The position numbers were made by a program, and so were the translations under genes. The notes beneath the pieces were generated by a model that saw only the letters and a list, made by a program, of their open reading frames with translations, was not told the origin of the DNA and searched no databases. A DNA stretch of 40,331 bases from an uncultured Oscillospiraceae bacterium (GTDB lineage: Bacteria; Bacillota; Clostridia; Oscillospirales; Acutalibacteraceae): NCBI GenBank assembly GCA_900548085.1, contig URJF01000001.1, forward strand, positions 1 to 40,331, read 5' to 3'. How positions within the stretch are numbered: the first letter of the stretch is position 1; every line of letters starts with the position of its first letter. Shown here piece by piece: positions 21,151 through 30,489 of the stretch.

Positions 21151-22581
21151 ATGTCATTCAAAGAAAGTGTCACTAATGTGGCAGTAGAATGGGCAATAAA
21201 ATACGCCCGTAAGGATTTTGACCGCAATGCGCCGAGAATCCTCAAATTAGTCGAAAAGGCTGATGTAAAAAAAGTAAACCGTTCTACCTACGCAGGACTG
21301 CACAAGGTTATGGACGATCCTAATAATAACTGGATGAAATTTGCAAAAGATATTATTTGCAACACAGACGAACACATAATCAAAAAGATTGTTCCGCCGC
21401 TGCTGAACATAGCTATCAACAGCTACACAAAGCGTATGGAAAGCATCGAAAAATACGGCTGTAACGTACCGTGGGCTATCCTTATGGACCCAACAGCAGC
21501 CTGCAACCTGCACTGTACCGGATGCTGGGCAGCAGAATACGGTCACACAAGCAGCCTGTCCTATGATGATTTGGCAAGAATCATCCGTCAGGGCAAGGAG
21601 CTGGGTACATATATGTACCTCTACACCGGCGGCGAGCCTACTATGAGACGCAAGGACCTTATGCGTCTGTGCCGTGAAAATCCGGACTGCGCATTCCTCA
21701 GCTTTACTAACGGAACACTTATCGACGACAGCTTTGCCGACGAAATCAGAGAAGTGGGCAACTTCTATCCTGCATTCTCTATCGAGGGCTACGAGGAAGA
21801 AAATGACTTCCGCCGTGGCGAAGGCACCTTCAAGCGTTGCACAGCTGCTATGAAGAGACTTAAGGACAGAGGTGTACCGTTCGGTGCATCCCTCTGCTAC
21901 ACAAGCAAGAACACCGATGTACTCGCATCAGACGAATATATGGATTGGCTTATCGAGCAGGGCGTTAAGTTCGCTTGGTTCTTCACCTATATGCCTACAG
22001 GCAACGGTGCCGTAACCGACCTTATGGTCAGCCCCGAGCAGAGAGCACTTATGTACAAAAAGATGCACGAGTGGAGAAAGACAAAGTCAATCTTTGCTCT
22101 GGACTTCTGGAACGACGGCGAATATGTACAGGGTTGTATCGCAGGCGGTCGTCACTACTTCCACATCAACTCTAACGGTGACTGTGAGCCTTGTGCTTTT
22201 GTTCACTATTCAAATGTAAACATCAAGAATGTATCCGTACTGGAAGCATTGCAGAGCCCGCTGTTTATGGCATACAAGCGTAATCAGCCGTTCTCAAACA
22301 ATATGCTCCGTCCTTGTCCGGTACTCGACAACCCGGGCGCTATCAGCAAGATGGTAGCAGAAACAGGTGCATACTCCACAGAGATGCAGCATCCGGAAAC
22401 TGCAAATGAGCTGTTCGACAAGACTGTCGAGCACGCAAAGGCATGGAAGGTAAAGGCTGACGAGCTGTTCGACCGTGACAAATTCATCGCTAAGCACGTT
22501 AAGGACGAAAATATGTACAACTACGAAATTGACGACAGCGAGAGAGAATTCAAGGAATTTGAAAAAACCGAAGAAGAATAA
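21151..22581 (+). CDS. radical SAM protein with a SPASM/twitch-like C-terminal domain
   Basis: CNLHCTGC, TGGEP, FTNGTLID and CIAGG...NGDCEPC...RPCP motifs. The ATG at 21151 follows GAGG. Confidence 0.9.
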   Translation: MSFKESVTNVAVEWAIKYARKDFDRNAPRILKLVEKADVKKVNRSTYAGLHKVMDDPNNNWMKFAKDIICNTDEHIIKKIVPPLLNIAINSYTKRMESIEKYGCNVPWAILMDPTAACNLHCTGCWAAEYGHTSSLSYDDLARIIRQGKELGTYMYLYTGGEPTMRRKDLMRLCRENPDCAFLSFTNGTLIDDSFADEIREVGNFYPAFSIEGYEEENDFRRGEGTFKRCTAAMKRLKDRGVPFGASLCYTSKNTDVLASDEYMDWLIEQGVKFAWFFTYMPTGNGAVTDLMVSPEQRALMYKKMHEWRKTKSIFALDFWNDGEYVQGCIAGGRHYFHINSNGDCEPCAFVHYSNVNIKNVSVLEALQSPLFMAYKRNQPFSNNMLRPCPVLDNPGAISKMVAETGAYSTEMQHPETANELFDKTVEHAKAWKVKADELFDRDKFIAKHVKDENMYNYEIDDSEREFKEFEKTEEE

Positions 22582-22597
22582 AAACAATATATAAAAA

Positions 22598-22630
22598 TTA
22601 GGGGGCATATCTGATGATATGCCCCCCTGA
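22598..22630 (+). terminator. GC-rich stem-loop (terminator or processing site)
   Basis: GGGGGCATATC-loop-GATATGCCCCC with only a weak U-tract. Confidence 0.5.
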
Positions 22631-22655
22631 GTCATTTATAAAAACGGAGAAAATT

Positions 22656-23249
22656 ATGTTTGGTTTTGCAAAAAAGGGAAAAATAGAATACATAATAGCC
22701 GGTCTCGGAAATCCCGGAAAGAAGTATGAGAGCACAAGACACAACGCCGGATTTATGGCGATGGACCTGCTGGCTGAGAAAGAAAATTTTGAATACAAAA
22801 AAACAAAATTTCATGCACTCATAGCCGATGAAGTAATAGACGGCACACGCTGTCTGCTGATGAAACCGCAGACAATGATGAACAACAGCGGCGAGGCGAT
22901 AATGGAGGCTGCCGAATACTATAACATACCAAACGAGAATATAATAATACTGTATGATGACATAAGTCTGGATGTAGGCAAGACGAGAATCAGACGCAAA
23001 GGCTCGGCAGGCGGACACAACGGCATAAAGAGCATCATCTCCTGCATCAGCGGAGAGGATTTTCCGAGGGTAAAAATCGGCGTGGGCAAAAAGCCCAATC
23101 CACAATACGATTTGGCCGCCTGGGTTTTGGGCAATTTTCCCAAAGAACAACAAGAAGATTTGGGCAAAGCGCTGAAAAACGCAATAGAAGCGGCAAAGCT
23201 GATAACAAAGGGCAAAACCGAAAAGGCAATGAACCTGTACAACTCGTAA
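22656..23249 (+). CDS. pth: peptidyl-tRNA hydrolase
   Basis: GLGNPG..Y..TRHNAGF, KPQTMMNNSG and GSAGGHNGIKS motifs. Confidence 0.95.
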   Translation: MFGFAKKGKIEYIIAGLGNPGKKYESTRHNAGFMAMDLLAEKENFEYKKTKFHALIADEVIDGTRCLLMKPQTMMNNSGEAIMEAAEYYNIPNENIIILYDDISLDVGKTRIRRKGSAGGHNGIKSIISCISGEDFPRVKIGVGKKPNPQYDLAAWVLGNFPKEQQEDLGKALKNAIEAAKLITKGKTEKAMNLYNS

Positions 23250-23266
23250 CATAATGGGAGAAATAT

Positions 23267-26200
23267 ATGTCCTGTTTTTCTAACATACTAAAAAAGAGCA
23301 ATGAATTTTGCGAGCTCGACTCGGCTGTCGCCACACTCAATGCACCTACGGGAGCGGTGGGACTGCCTGACATAAACAAAGTGCTCACCGTACACGCACT
23401 GTGCAAGGAGCAAGGCAAAAAAGCATTTATACTCACACCCGACGAAGCAAGTGCAGTCAGATTTTACGAAAATCTGAGTCAAATGCAGGAGGGCGTACTG
23501 CTGTACCCAAAGAGAGAATTTACTTTTCTCGAGGTGGAGGGCATCAGCCGTGAGTACGAGCAGCTCCGACTGGGCGTGCTAAAAAAAATAATAGCTGGCA
23601 ACTACACTGCCGTAATCGCCTCGGTGGGAGCAGCGGTACAAAAGACCATGCCGCCCAACGCACTGAAGGAGCGTTCATTCACCATCACCACAGGAGAAGA
23701 AATCAGCATAGACGAAACGGTTGAAAAGCTGATAAAAGCAGGCTATTCCCGATTTGACCAAGTAGACGGAACGAGCCAATTTTCTGTCCGTGGCGGACTG
23801 ATAGACATTTTTTCGCCCGGCAGTGACGAGCCGGTGAGAATAGAGCTGTGGGGTGACACCGTAGACAGCATAACCTCATTCGATATAGCCACACAGCGCA
23901 GGTCGGATATGGTAGACAAGATAGATATTATTCCTGCCACCGAGGTACTGTTCACAACCAAAGAGGAGCAGGCTAAGCGTATAGACGCTCTCGCCTCTAC
24001 ACTAAAAGGGAAAGCGATAAAAGCAAGAGAAAAGCTCTATGCCGACAGCGAAAAGCTGAAGCAAGGGCTTAATCTCCACTGCAACGACAAGTATCTGCCT
24101 TTGGCTTATGATTCTGACGGGCTGTTTGACTATGCCGACGGACTGCTATTTTCCTGCGAAAGTGCAAAAATAAAAGAAAAGCTGCTCAATCAGACAAAAA
24201 TAGCCGCCGAGGAGCTGAAATGGATGCTCGACGACGGTGTACTGTGCAAAGGGATAGACAAATTTTCGCTGGACTTCAACGACTTATGTAATCAATATGA
24301 AAAGCACAAAGCAATCTATCTTGACAGTATGCCGAGAGGCAGCTTTGACACGCCGGTGGGACACCTTGCCAACTTTGTGTGCCAAAGCTCAAATGTGTGG
24401 TCGGGAACGCTGTCACAGCTAAATGACGAACTGTTCCCACTGCTCAAGACAGGCTATGCGGTATGTATTATGGCAGGCACCTCTCGTGCCGGCAAGGCTT
24501 TGGCATACGACATAAACGAAATGGGCTTTAATGCAATATTCTGCGAAAAGCGTCCCAACGAGTTCCAAAAAAACACGGTCACTGTATTGACCGGAACGCT
24601 GTCCGCAGGTTTTCAGCTCAGCGGCGTAAAGTTTGCGCTGATAACCCACGCAAAGACCAACCAAGCCAAAAAGAAGCACAAAAAGGTGTCATCAAAGGAC
24701 GCCATACACTCTCTAGATGAGCTGACTGTAGGTGACTACATAGTCCACAATGTACACGGAATAGGCATATTCGAGGGTATTCAACAGTTGGATATTCAAG
24801 ATGTACGCAAGGACTATATCAAAATAAGCTACGCAAAAGGCGACACGCTCTATGTGCCTGTAACACAGCTGGATTTGGTATCAAAATATATAGGGCCAAA
24901 AGATGACTCAAAGGTAAAAATCACACGACTGGGCTCGGGAGATTGGCAAAAAGCTAAGGCTAAAGTCTACGCCTCGGTTCAGGATATGGCAAAGGAGCTG
25001 ATAGCGCTCTACGCAAAGCGAATGAGCACAAAGGGCTACCAATTTTCTGCCGACACGGATATGCAGAGAGACTTTGAGCTGAGATTTGAATATGAAGAAA
25101 CCGAGGATCAGCTCCGCTGTGCAGACGAAATTAAGGGCGATATGGAAAAGCCTGCGCCTATGGACAGACTTCTGTGCGGTGATGTAGGATTCGGCAAAAC
25201 CGAGGTTGCTCTCCGTGCCTGCTTCAAATGTATAGGCGACGGAAAGCAATGCGCCATACTCGTGCCCACAACGGTGCTGGCAATGCAGCACTTTCAGACT
25301 GCTATGAAAAGGCTGGAGCCGTTCCCCGTCAGAGTAGAAATGCTGTCGAGATTTGTGTCACCGGCTAAACAAAAGCAAGTGCTGGAGGATTTGGCAGAGG
25401 GCAAAATCGACCTGCTTGTAGGCACACACCGAATCATCAGCAAGGATATAAAATTCAAAGATTTAGGTCTTCTTGTAGTAGATGAAGAACAAAGATTCGG
25501 CGTGGCGCAAAAAGAAAAAATAAAAGAAAAATTTCCAAGAGTAGATGTGCTGACGCTGTCGGCTACACCTATACCACGAACACTGAATATGGCAATGAGC
25601 GGTATCAGAGATATGTCGCTGCTGGAGGAAGCACCCGGCGACCGCAGACCTGTACAGACATATGTGGTTGAATACGACTTCGGAATTCTCGTGGAGGCTA
25701 TGGAAAAAGAGATGGCACGAGGCGGTCAGTGCTACTATCTCCACAACAATATCGACACCATAGACCATATGGCAGTCCAAATCAAAAAAGCGATACCCGA
25801 CGCAAGAGTGGGCGTGGCTCACGGCAGAATGAGTGAGGAACAGCTCAGCGATGTGTGGGAGGACCTAATCAACGGTGAGATAGATATACTCGTCTGCACC
25901 ACGATAATAGAAACAGGTGTGGATGTGTCAAATGTAAACACGCTGATAATCGAAAATGCAGACAGAATGGGACTGGCACAGCTGCACCAAATCCGAGGCA
26001 GAGTAGGCCGTTCCTCTCGCAGAGGCTACGCATACTTTACCTTCACTCGAGGAAAAGAGCTGAGCGAAATTGCCACAAAGCGACTTGAGGCAATAAGAGA
26101 ATACACAGAGTTTGGCTCCGGCTTTAAAATCGCAATGCGAGATCTCGAAATCCGTGGCGCCGGCTCACTGCTCGGCAACAAACAGCACGGTCATATGGAG

Positions 26201-26722
26201 GCTGTGGGATACGATATGTACCTAAAACTGTTAGAAGAAGCCGTGGCAGAAGAAAAGGGCGAAAAGGAGCACGACGAAAAGGAAAGAGAATGTCTGATAG
26301 ACCTTCCTATAGATGCGAGCATACCGAACGAATACATTTCTTCCACACCGCAAAGGCTGTCTATGTACAAAACTATCGCCGCCATACGCACCGATGCAGA
26401 CGCAAACGATGTATATGACGAATTGACGGACCGATTCGGCGTACCGCCGGCAGAGGTTTACGGTCTGGTAGACATTGCACTGCTGCGTAACAAGGCGCAG
26501 GCTCTCGGTATTTTTGAAATAAAACAAAGAGGCACCGCCATAAACTTTTACCCCGATGATGTAAAGGTAGAATATCTTGTGGCGCTGAACGAAAAAATGA
26601 GAGGCAGGGCAAAATTCACCTCTGCCAAAAAGCCGTACATCTCCGTCACAATAACGGGTGAGACACCGCTTGACACCGTTCGTGAAACCTTGAATATTTT
26701 GGAAAATGCAAAAAAAGAATAA
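23267..26722 (+). CDS. mfd: transcription-repair coupling factor
   Basis: FSVRGGLIDIF, CarD-like VHNVHGIG, CGDVGFGKTEVA, DEEQRFG and QIRGRVGRS motifs, with a TRCF C-terminus. Confidence 0.97.
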   Translation: MSCFSNILKKSNEFCELDSAVATLNAPTGAVGLPDINKVLTVHALCKEQGKKAFILTPDEASAVRFYENLSQMQEGVLLYPKREFTFLEVEGISREYEQLRLGVLKKIIAGNYTAVIASVGAAVQKTMPPNALKERSFTITTGEEISIDETVEKLIKAGYSRFDQVDGTSQFSVRGGLIDIFSPGSDEPVRIELWGDTVDSITSFDIATQRRSDMVDKIDIIPATEVLFTTKEEQAKRIDALASTLKGKAIKAREKLYADSEKLKQGLNLHCNDKYLPLAYDSDGLFDYADGLLFSCESAKIKEKLLNQTKIAAEELKWMLDDGVLCKGIDKFSLDFNDLCNQYEKHKAIYLDSMPRGSFDTPVGHLANFVCQSSNVWSGTLSQLNDELFPLLKTGYAVCIMAGTSRAGKALAYDINEMGFNAIFCEKRPNEFQKNTVTVLTGTLSAGFQLSGVKFALITHAKTNQAKKKHKKVSSKDAIHSLDELTVGDYIVHNVHGIGIFEGIQQLDIQDVRKDYIKISYAKGDTLYVPVTQLDLVSKYIGPKDDSKVKITRLGSGDWQKAKAKVYASVQDMAKELIALYAKRMSTKGYQFSADTDMQRDFELRFEYEETEDQLRCADEIKGDMEKPAPMDRLLCGDVGFGKTEVALRACFKCIGDGKQCAILVPTTVLAMQHFQTAMKRLEPFPVRVEMLSRFVSPAKQKQVLEDLAEGKIDLLVGTHRIISKDIKFKDLGLLVVDEEQRFGVAQKEKIKEKFPRVDVLTLSATPIPRTLNMAMSGIRDMSLLEEAPGDRRPVQTYVVEYDFGILVEAMEKEMARGGQCYYLHNNIDTIDHMAVQIKKAIPDARVGVAHGRMSEEQLSDVWEDLINGEIDILVCTTIIETGVDVSNVNTLIIENADRMGLAQLHQIRGRVGRSSRRGYAYFTFTRGKELSEIATKRLEAIREYTEFGSGFKIAMRDLEIRGAGSLLGNKQHGHMEAVGYDMYLKLLEEAVAEEKGEKEHDEKERECLIDLPIDASIPNEYISSTPQRLSMYKTIAAIRTDADANDVYDELTDRFGVPPAEVYGLVDIALLRNKAQALGIFEIKQRGTAINFYPDDVKVEYLVALNEKMRGRAKFTSAKKPYISVTITGETPLDTVRETLNILENAKKE

Positions 26723-26763
26723 AAATATACACCTTGGTTAATACTTTAACCGAGGTGTTATTT

Positions 26764-27456
26764 ATGTCTACATCAAAATCCAACAAAAAAGAAAATAAAA
26801 ATGTAAAGGCGCTGTTTTCGGTAATCTGCCTGTGCATAATTGCGCTGGGACTAATTGTATATTTTTCGGCTAACACAAAGGACAGCAAAAAGCACGACAC
26901 GGTGAACGAAAACACTACCGTGACGGAAACCACAGACGCACAGCACGCAGTGACTGTGACCGAAACCACAACAAAAGCGACCACAAAAAAGAAGAAAAAA
27001 ACCACAAAGCCGTCCACTATGGAAAACAACAAAAACAATACGCCCTACAAAAGCTATTACACATATCCTCTGACAGAAGCAATCTCAAAGGGCTACAGCG
27101 AGGAACTGCAATACAATGATGTGATGGGTGACTACAGGGCACACGCCGCTGTAGATTTTTCCGGCAAAGAGGGCGACACCGTGCAGGCAATCAACGACGG
27201 TCTGGTGACCAGCGTTTATACCGACAATCTATACGGTCAGGTAGTCCAAATTGACCACGGCGGAAAGCTGATAGGAATATACTGCGGTCTGGAGAGCGTT
27301 AGTGTAAAGGCCGGTAAATATGTATCTATCGGCGACAAAATCGGAACACTGGGCAAAGTGCCCTGCGAATCCTCGGAGGGAGCACATCTGCACCTGATAA
27401 CAAAATATGACGGCAAGACGGTAAATCCTCTGGATGTAATGAGCAAAACCGAATAG
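26764..27456 (+). CDS. M23 (LytM) family membrane-anchored peptidase, SpoIIQ-like
   Basis: N-terminal TM helix, Thr/Lys-rich linker, HAAVD and HLH zinc motifs, and VNP. A sigma-F-like GAATA-15-GTTAATACTT sits just upstream. Confidence 0.8.
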   Translation: MSTSKSNKKENKNVKALFSVICLCIIALGLIVYFSANTKDSKKHDTVNENTTVTETTDAQHAVTVTETTTKATTKKKKKTTKPSTMENNKNNTPYKSYYTYPLTEAISKGYSEELQYNDVMGDYRAHAAVDFSGKEGDTVQAINDGLVTSVYTDNLYGQVVQIDHGGKLIGIYCGLESVSVKAGKYVSIGDKIGTLGKVPCESSEGAHLHLITKYDGKTVNPLDVMSKTE

Positions 27457-27498
27457 AAAAATACGGCAAAGGTTGTGCGACCTCTGCCGTATTTTTTT
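27457..27498. terminator. bidirectional terminator
   Basis: AAAAATACGGCA.AGG-loop-CCT.TGCCGTATTTTT between convergent genes. Confidence 0.85.
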
Positions 27499-27499
27499 G

Positions 27500-29149
27500 T
27501 TATTTATCCACCACTACATTGTCGGGATTATATGAACTGTCAAGCACTTTTATAGCCGCCTCAGTAGAGGACGGAATTGTCTTCAGCTTATCGCTGTCGG
27601 CAGACTTAGTCTGTAAATAGGTGACAGAATAGTCAGTGTCATAGGTCTCCTCGCCGTCAAAAAACGGAACAGCGAAGCCGTGCTTAAAAGTAAAACTCTC
27701 CTTAGACACCTGAGTGTCGTCAAAATAGTATCGAGTATAGCCGTATCTGCGCTGATAAAACGCCTTTTGCTCCGGCTCAAAGGCAGTACCGTTAAAGCTC
27801 AAAATCTTTGAAGTGGCAGAAACAACTCTGCCGTACTCCTCTACGATGAAATCGTTAGAGCACCAATAATACTTTTTGCCGTCCTGCTTTGTGACAAAGT
27901 AGACATCGGTATCATTATTGAGCTTGTTGGACAAGCCCTCATCATAGTACACTTGGAAGGCGGTACTGCCATTCCAAGTATATATGCTGCAAAAATACTT
28001 ATCTACAGCGCCTGCAATATAGTTGCCGTCAGAATCCTCTTTGCGCTGGCTGACAGTCCTGCGATAAACGGTCAAAAGCTCGTCTGTACCGTCGCCGTCA
28101 AAATCCATAAGCTTAACTACAGCGAGGCCGTCAATATATGCCTTATCGCCCTTGTCCACAAATTTTGCGACACCGAACTTTTGGTTCAAATCACGGACAA
28201 TATCATAATATGCGCCTTTCAAATTGCCCTTGTTACTCGTCTCAGTGACAGTCTTTTCCTCATCGGAGGTAAAGGAGTCTATTGCAGTGGCTACGGAGTC
28301 TGAGGTGTTATATGCCGCAGTCTCACGGAGAACAGCCATTCTTATACGCTCAAAGTCATCTGTGTTCTTCTTTTTGCCCACAAAAAAAGTATCGGACACG
28401 ATATCGTATGTGCAAGTGTCGTCTTTTTTGAACTTATTACCCTTTAGGGCATATAGGGTAACCTTAGTCACATCTTTTTCGTCATGCTTGCCGATATAAT
28501 ATTTGCCGTGATGGTAGTAAAGGGTGGTCCAAATATCGTCCTTTTCGTCATCGGTTTGGTACATAGAATCCTTGTACATCAGGCCGAACTTCTTGCCCTG
28601 AAATCCCCAAACCTCTACAAAATATTTGTTGTTGTCATTATATCCTAAGAGCAGCTCACTCTTTCCGTCGCCGTCAAAATCCACCTCACGGACCAGACAC
28701 AAACCGGTGAGACGATAGCCGCTGACACCGTATGTATCGAGATTTTCGTAGCTGCAATTTCCGTACTCGCCGACATATTTTGTGCAAATCTTGCCGGCGT
28801 TCACATCGAACTCCTGCTCACGCTTATTCTCGCTACCGATGGATACCATAAAACTGATAACTGCCACAAGAATAATGACAACGGCAACGAACAGACACAT
28901 CTGCAGTGCTAATTTTTTAGGCTCAAACTTCCGTTCTTCCTCAAACTTTTCTTCGCTCTGCTTAGCTATAGCAACGGCAACACGCTTGGTTTTGCCTGCA
29001 AATTTCTTAATATCACGGGACAGCTTTTCTTCCGCCTCGTGCACGGTGCCGCTATGATTGTTTTTGCTGTGACTGTGATTGTGCTCAGCTTTTTTTCTGA
29101 CCGGCTTTTCGATATTTTCGTCGTCAAAATAGTTGTAGCGCTTCTTCAC
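27500..29149 (-). CDS. hypothetical single-pass membrane protein with a duplicated DFDGDG-containing extracellular domain
   Basis: GTG start after AAGGGAGG, a charged N-terminus, one TM helix and two GL..V...DFDGDG..ELL..Y motifs. Confidence 0.7.
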   Translation of the reverse strand: MKKRYNYFDDENIEKPVRKKAEHNHSHSKNNHSGTVHEAEEKLSRDIKKFAGKTKRVAVAIAKQSEEKFEEERKFEPKKLALQMCLFVAVVIILVAVISFMVSIGSENKREQEFDVNAGKICTKYVGEYGNCSYENLDTYGVSGYRLTGLCLVREVDFDGDGKSELLLGYNDNNKYFVEVWGFQGKKFGLMYKDSMYQTDDEKDDIWTTLYYHHGKYYIGKHDEKDVTKVTLYALKGNKFKKDDTCTYDIVSDTFFVGKKKNTDDFERIRMAVLRETAAYNTSDSVATAIDSFTSDEEKTVTETSNKGNLKGAYYDIVRDLNQKFGVAKFVDKGDKAYIDGLAVVKLMDFDGDGTDELLTVYRRTVSQRKEDSDGNYIAGAVDKYFCSIYTWNGSTAFQVYYDEGLSNKLNNDTDVYFVTKQDGKKYYWCSNDFIVEEYGRVVSATSKILSFNGTAFEPEQKAFYQRRYGYTRYYFDDTQVSKESFTFKHGFAVPFFDGEETYDTDYSVTYLQTKSADSDKLKTIPSSTEAAIKVLDSSYNPDNVVVDK

Positions 29150-29238
29150 ATCGGCACCTCCCTTTTGTCACATTTTCATCATTCTACCACATATGACAAA
29201 AATAAGCAAGCAACATATTATATATCCCTCAGGCAGTC

Positions 29239-30156
29239 TCAAAACTCGGTGCAAATCAGCTTTTTGCAATCGGGATAAGAATAGTCCCATCTGTCCGTGT
29301 GACTGCCGGAGACGAAGTACCTAAGCTCCTTTGGGTGACGCTCAATGTCAAAACTCTCTACTATGACCAGCTTTATTTTCATTTTTTCGGGAATAATGGA
29401 TTTTACAAAAACAGACACGGCCTGCCCTACCTCCACATCATATCCCGGCTCTGCAAGTCCTGCCAAATTGGGCATAAGCTCCACAAATACGCCATACTCC
29501 TCAAGACTGCGGACTACTCCCGTAACGGTTTCGCCCACAGAAAACAGGGCGGCATTTTCGCACCAAGTTCCCAAAAGCTCCTTTAGCGAAAAAGTCAGTT
29601 TTTCCGGTTCTCTCTTTCGGAGAACAGCCTTTATTTTTTCGCCCGGATACAATCGCTCCGAGGGGTGATTGATGCGTGACACGGACAGCATATCAATGGG
29701 GATAAGAGAATTTATACCTGCTCCAATGTCAATAAAAGCACCGAACTGCTCCAAATGAGTAACAACAGCGTCGATAACATCGCCCTGTCGAAGAGTATCT
29801 ATACAGTCTCGCATACACTCCAGCTGTACCATCCGACGAGAAAGAATGGCAGACACCAAGCCGCTGTCATCACGGTGGAAGCCGATAATCTTAAAGCACA
29901 CGGTCTTGCCCACCTTTGAGATAAGAGCAATGTCACGGACTGTACCCTCACGGATACCGAGTGCGCCCTCCTCTCGTGGAATTATGCCTCTCACTGCGCC
30001 CAAGTCTATATGTAGGTTGTGACCTCGGTCGCAGAGCAAAACTTTGCCCTCCACGACTTCGCCGCTTTTCATTGCCACCTTAACCTCCTCTGCCGAGGCA
30101 AAAGTTTTTGTAAGTCGGGGATTAGTGCCTTCGGGATAATAAATCATAAAATTCAT
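29239..30156 (-). CDS. multi-S1-domain RNA-binding protein (ribosomal protein S1-like)
   Basis: Three S1-like units (VEGKV..IDLG..GIIP, VTHLEQFGAFIDIG..SLIP, VRSLEEYGVFVEL). Confidence 0.82.
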   Translation of the reverse strand: MNFMIYYPEGTNPRLTKTFASAEEVKVAMKSGEVVEGKVLLCDRGHNLHIDLGAVRGIIPREEGALGIREGTVRDIALISKVGKTVCFKIIGFHRDDSGLVSAILSRRMVQLECMRDCIDTLRQGDVIDAVVTHLEQFGAFIDIGAGINSLIPIDMLSVSRINHPSERLYPGEKIKAVLRKREPEKLTFSLKELLGTWCENAALFSVGETVTGVVRSLEEYGVFVELMPNLAGLAEPGYDVEVGQAVSVFVKSIIPEKMKIKLVIVESFDIERHPKELRYFVSGSHTDRWDYSYPDCKKLICTEF

Positions 30157-30213
30157 TCCTTTTTTACTACAAAAATTCGTACTTAATAATATGAGTCGAA
30201 GGCGTTATTTATG

Positions 30214-30242
30214 TTGATAACAGCATAAAATAGTGATATAAT
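30214..30242 (+). promoter_or_regulatory. sigma-A promoter of the DUF951-prfA operon
   Basis: TTGATA-17bp-TATAAT with TG extension. Confidence 0.7.
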
Positions 30243-30273
30243 GTATTAGATTAAAAATGACAGCGGTGAGAAA

Positions 30274-30450
30274 ATGAACATTCAAGTAGGAGACAAAATA
30301 ACTATGAAAAAGCCACACCCCTGCGGCTGCAAGGAATTCTCCGTACTCAGAGTCGGAATAGATTTCAAAATCAAGTGCGAGGGCTGCGGCAGAGAAGTAA
30401 TGGTTCCCCGTAGCAAGCTGGAAAAGAATATAAAGGGCATAAACCTTTAG
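30274..30450 (+). CDS. DUF951 family small protein (58 aa; not in the ORF track)
   Basis: Manual translation: MNIQVGDKITMKKPHPCGCKEFSVLRVGIDFKIKCEGCGREVMVPRSKLEKNIKGINL. It carries the KKPHPCG and CxxCG signature. Confidence 0.88.
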   Translation: MNIQVGDKITMKKPHPCGCKEFSVLRVGIDFKIKCEGCGREVMVPRSKLEKNIKGINL

Positions 30451-30489
30451 CAACGAAGTGCAAAAATACAACAATCAGGAGGGAACACA

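Noticed and set aside
26900..27040. Low-complexity ACCACAAAA-type repeats
   Set aside because: They encode the Thr/Lys linker of the M23 protein and are not an array or CRISPR.
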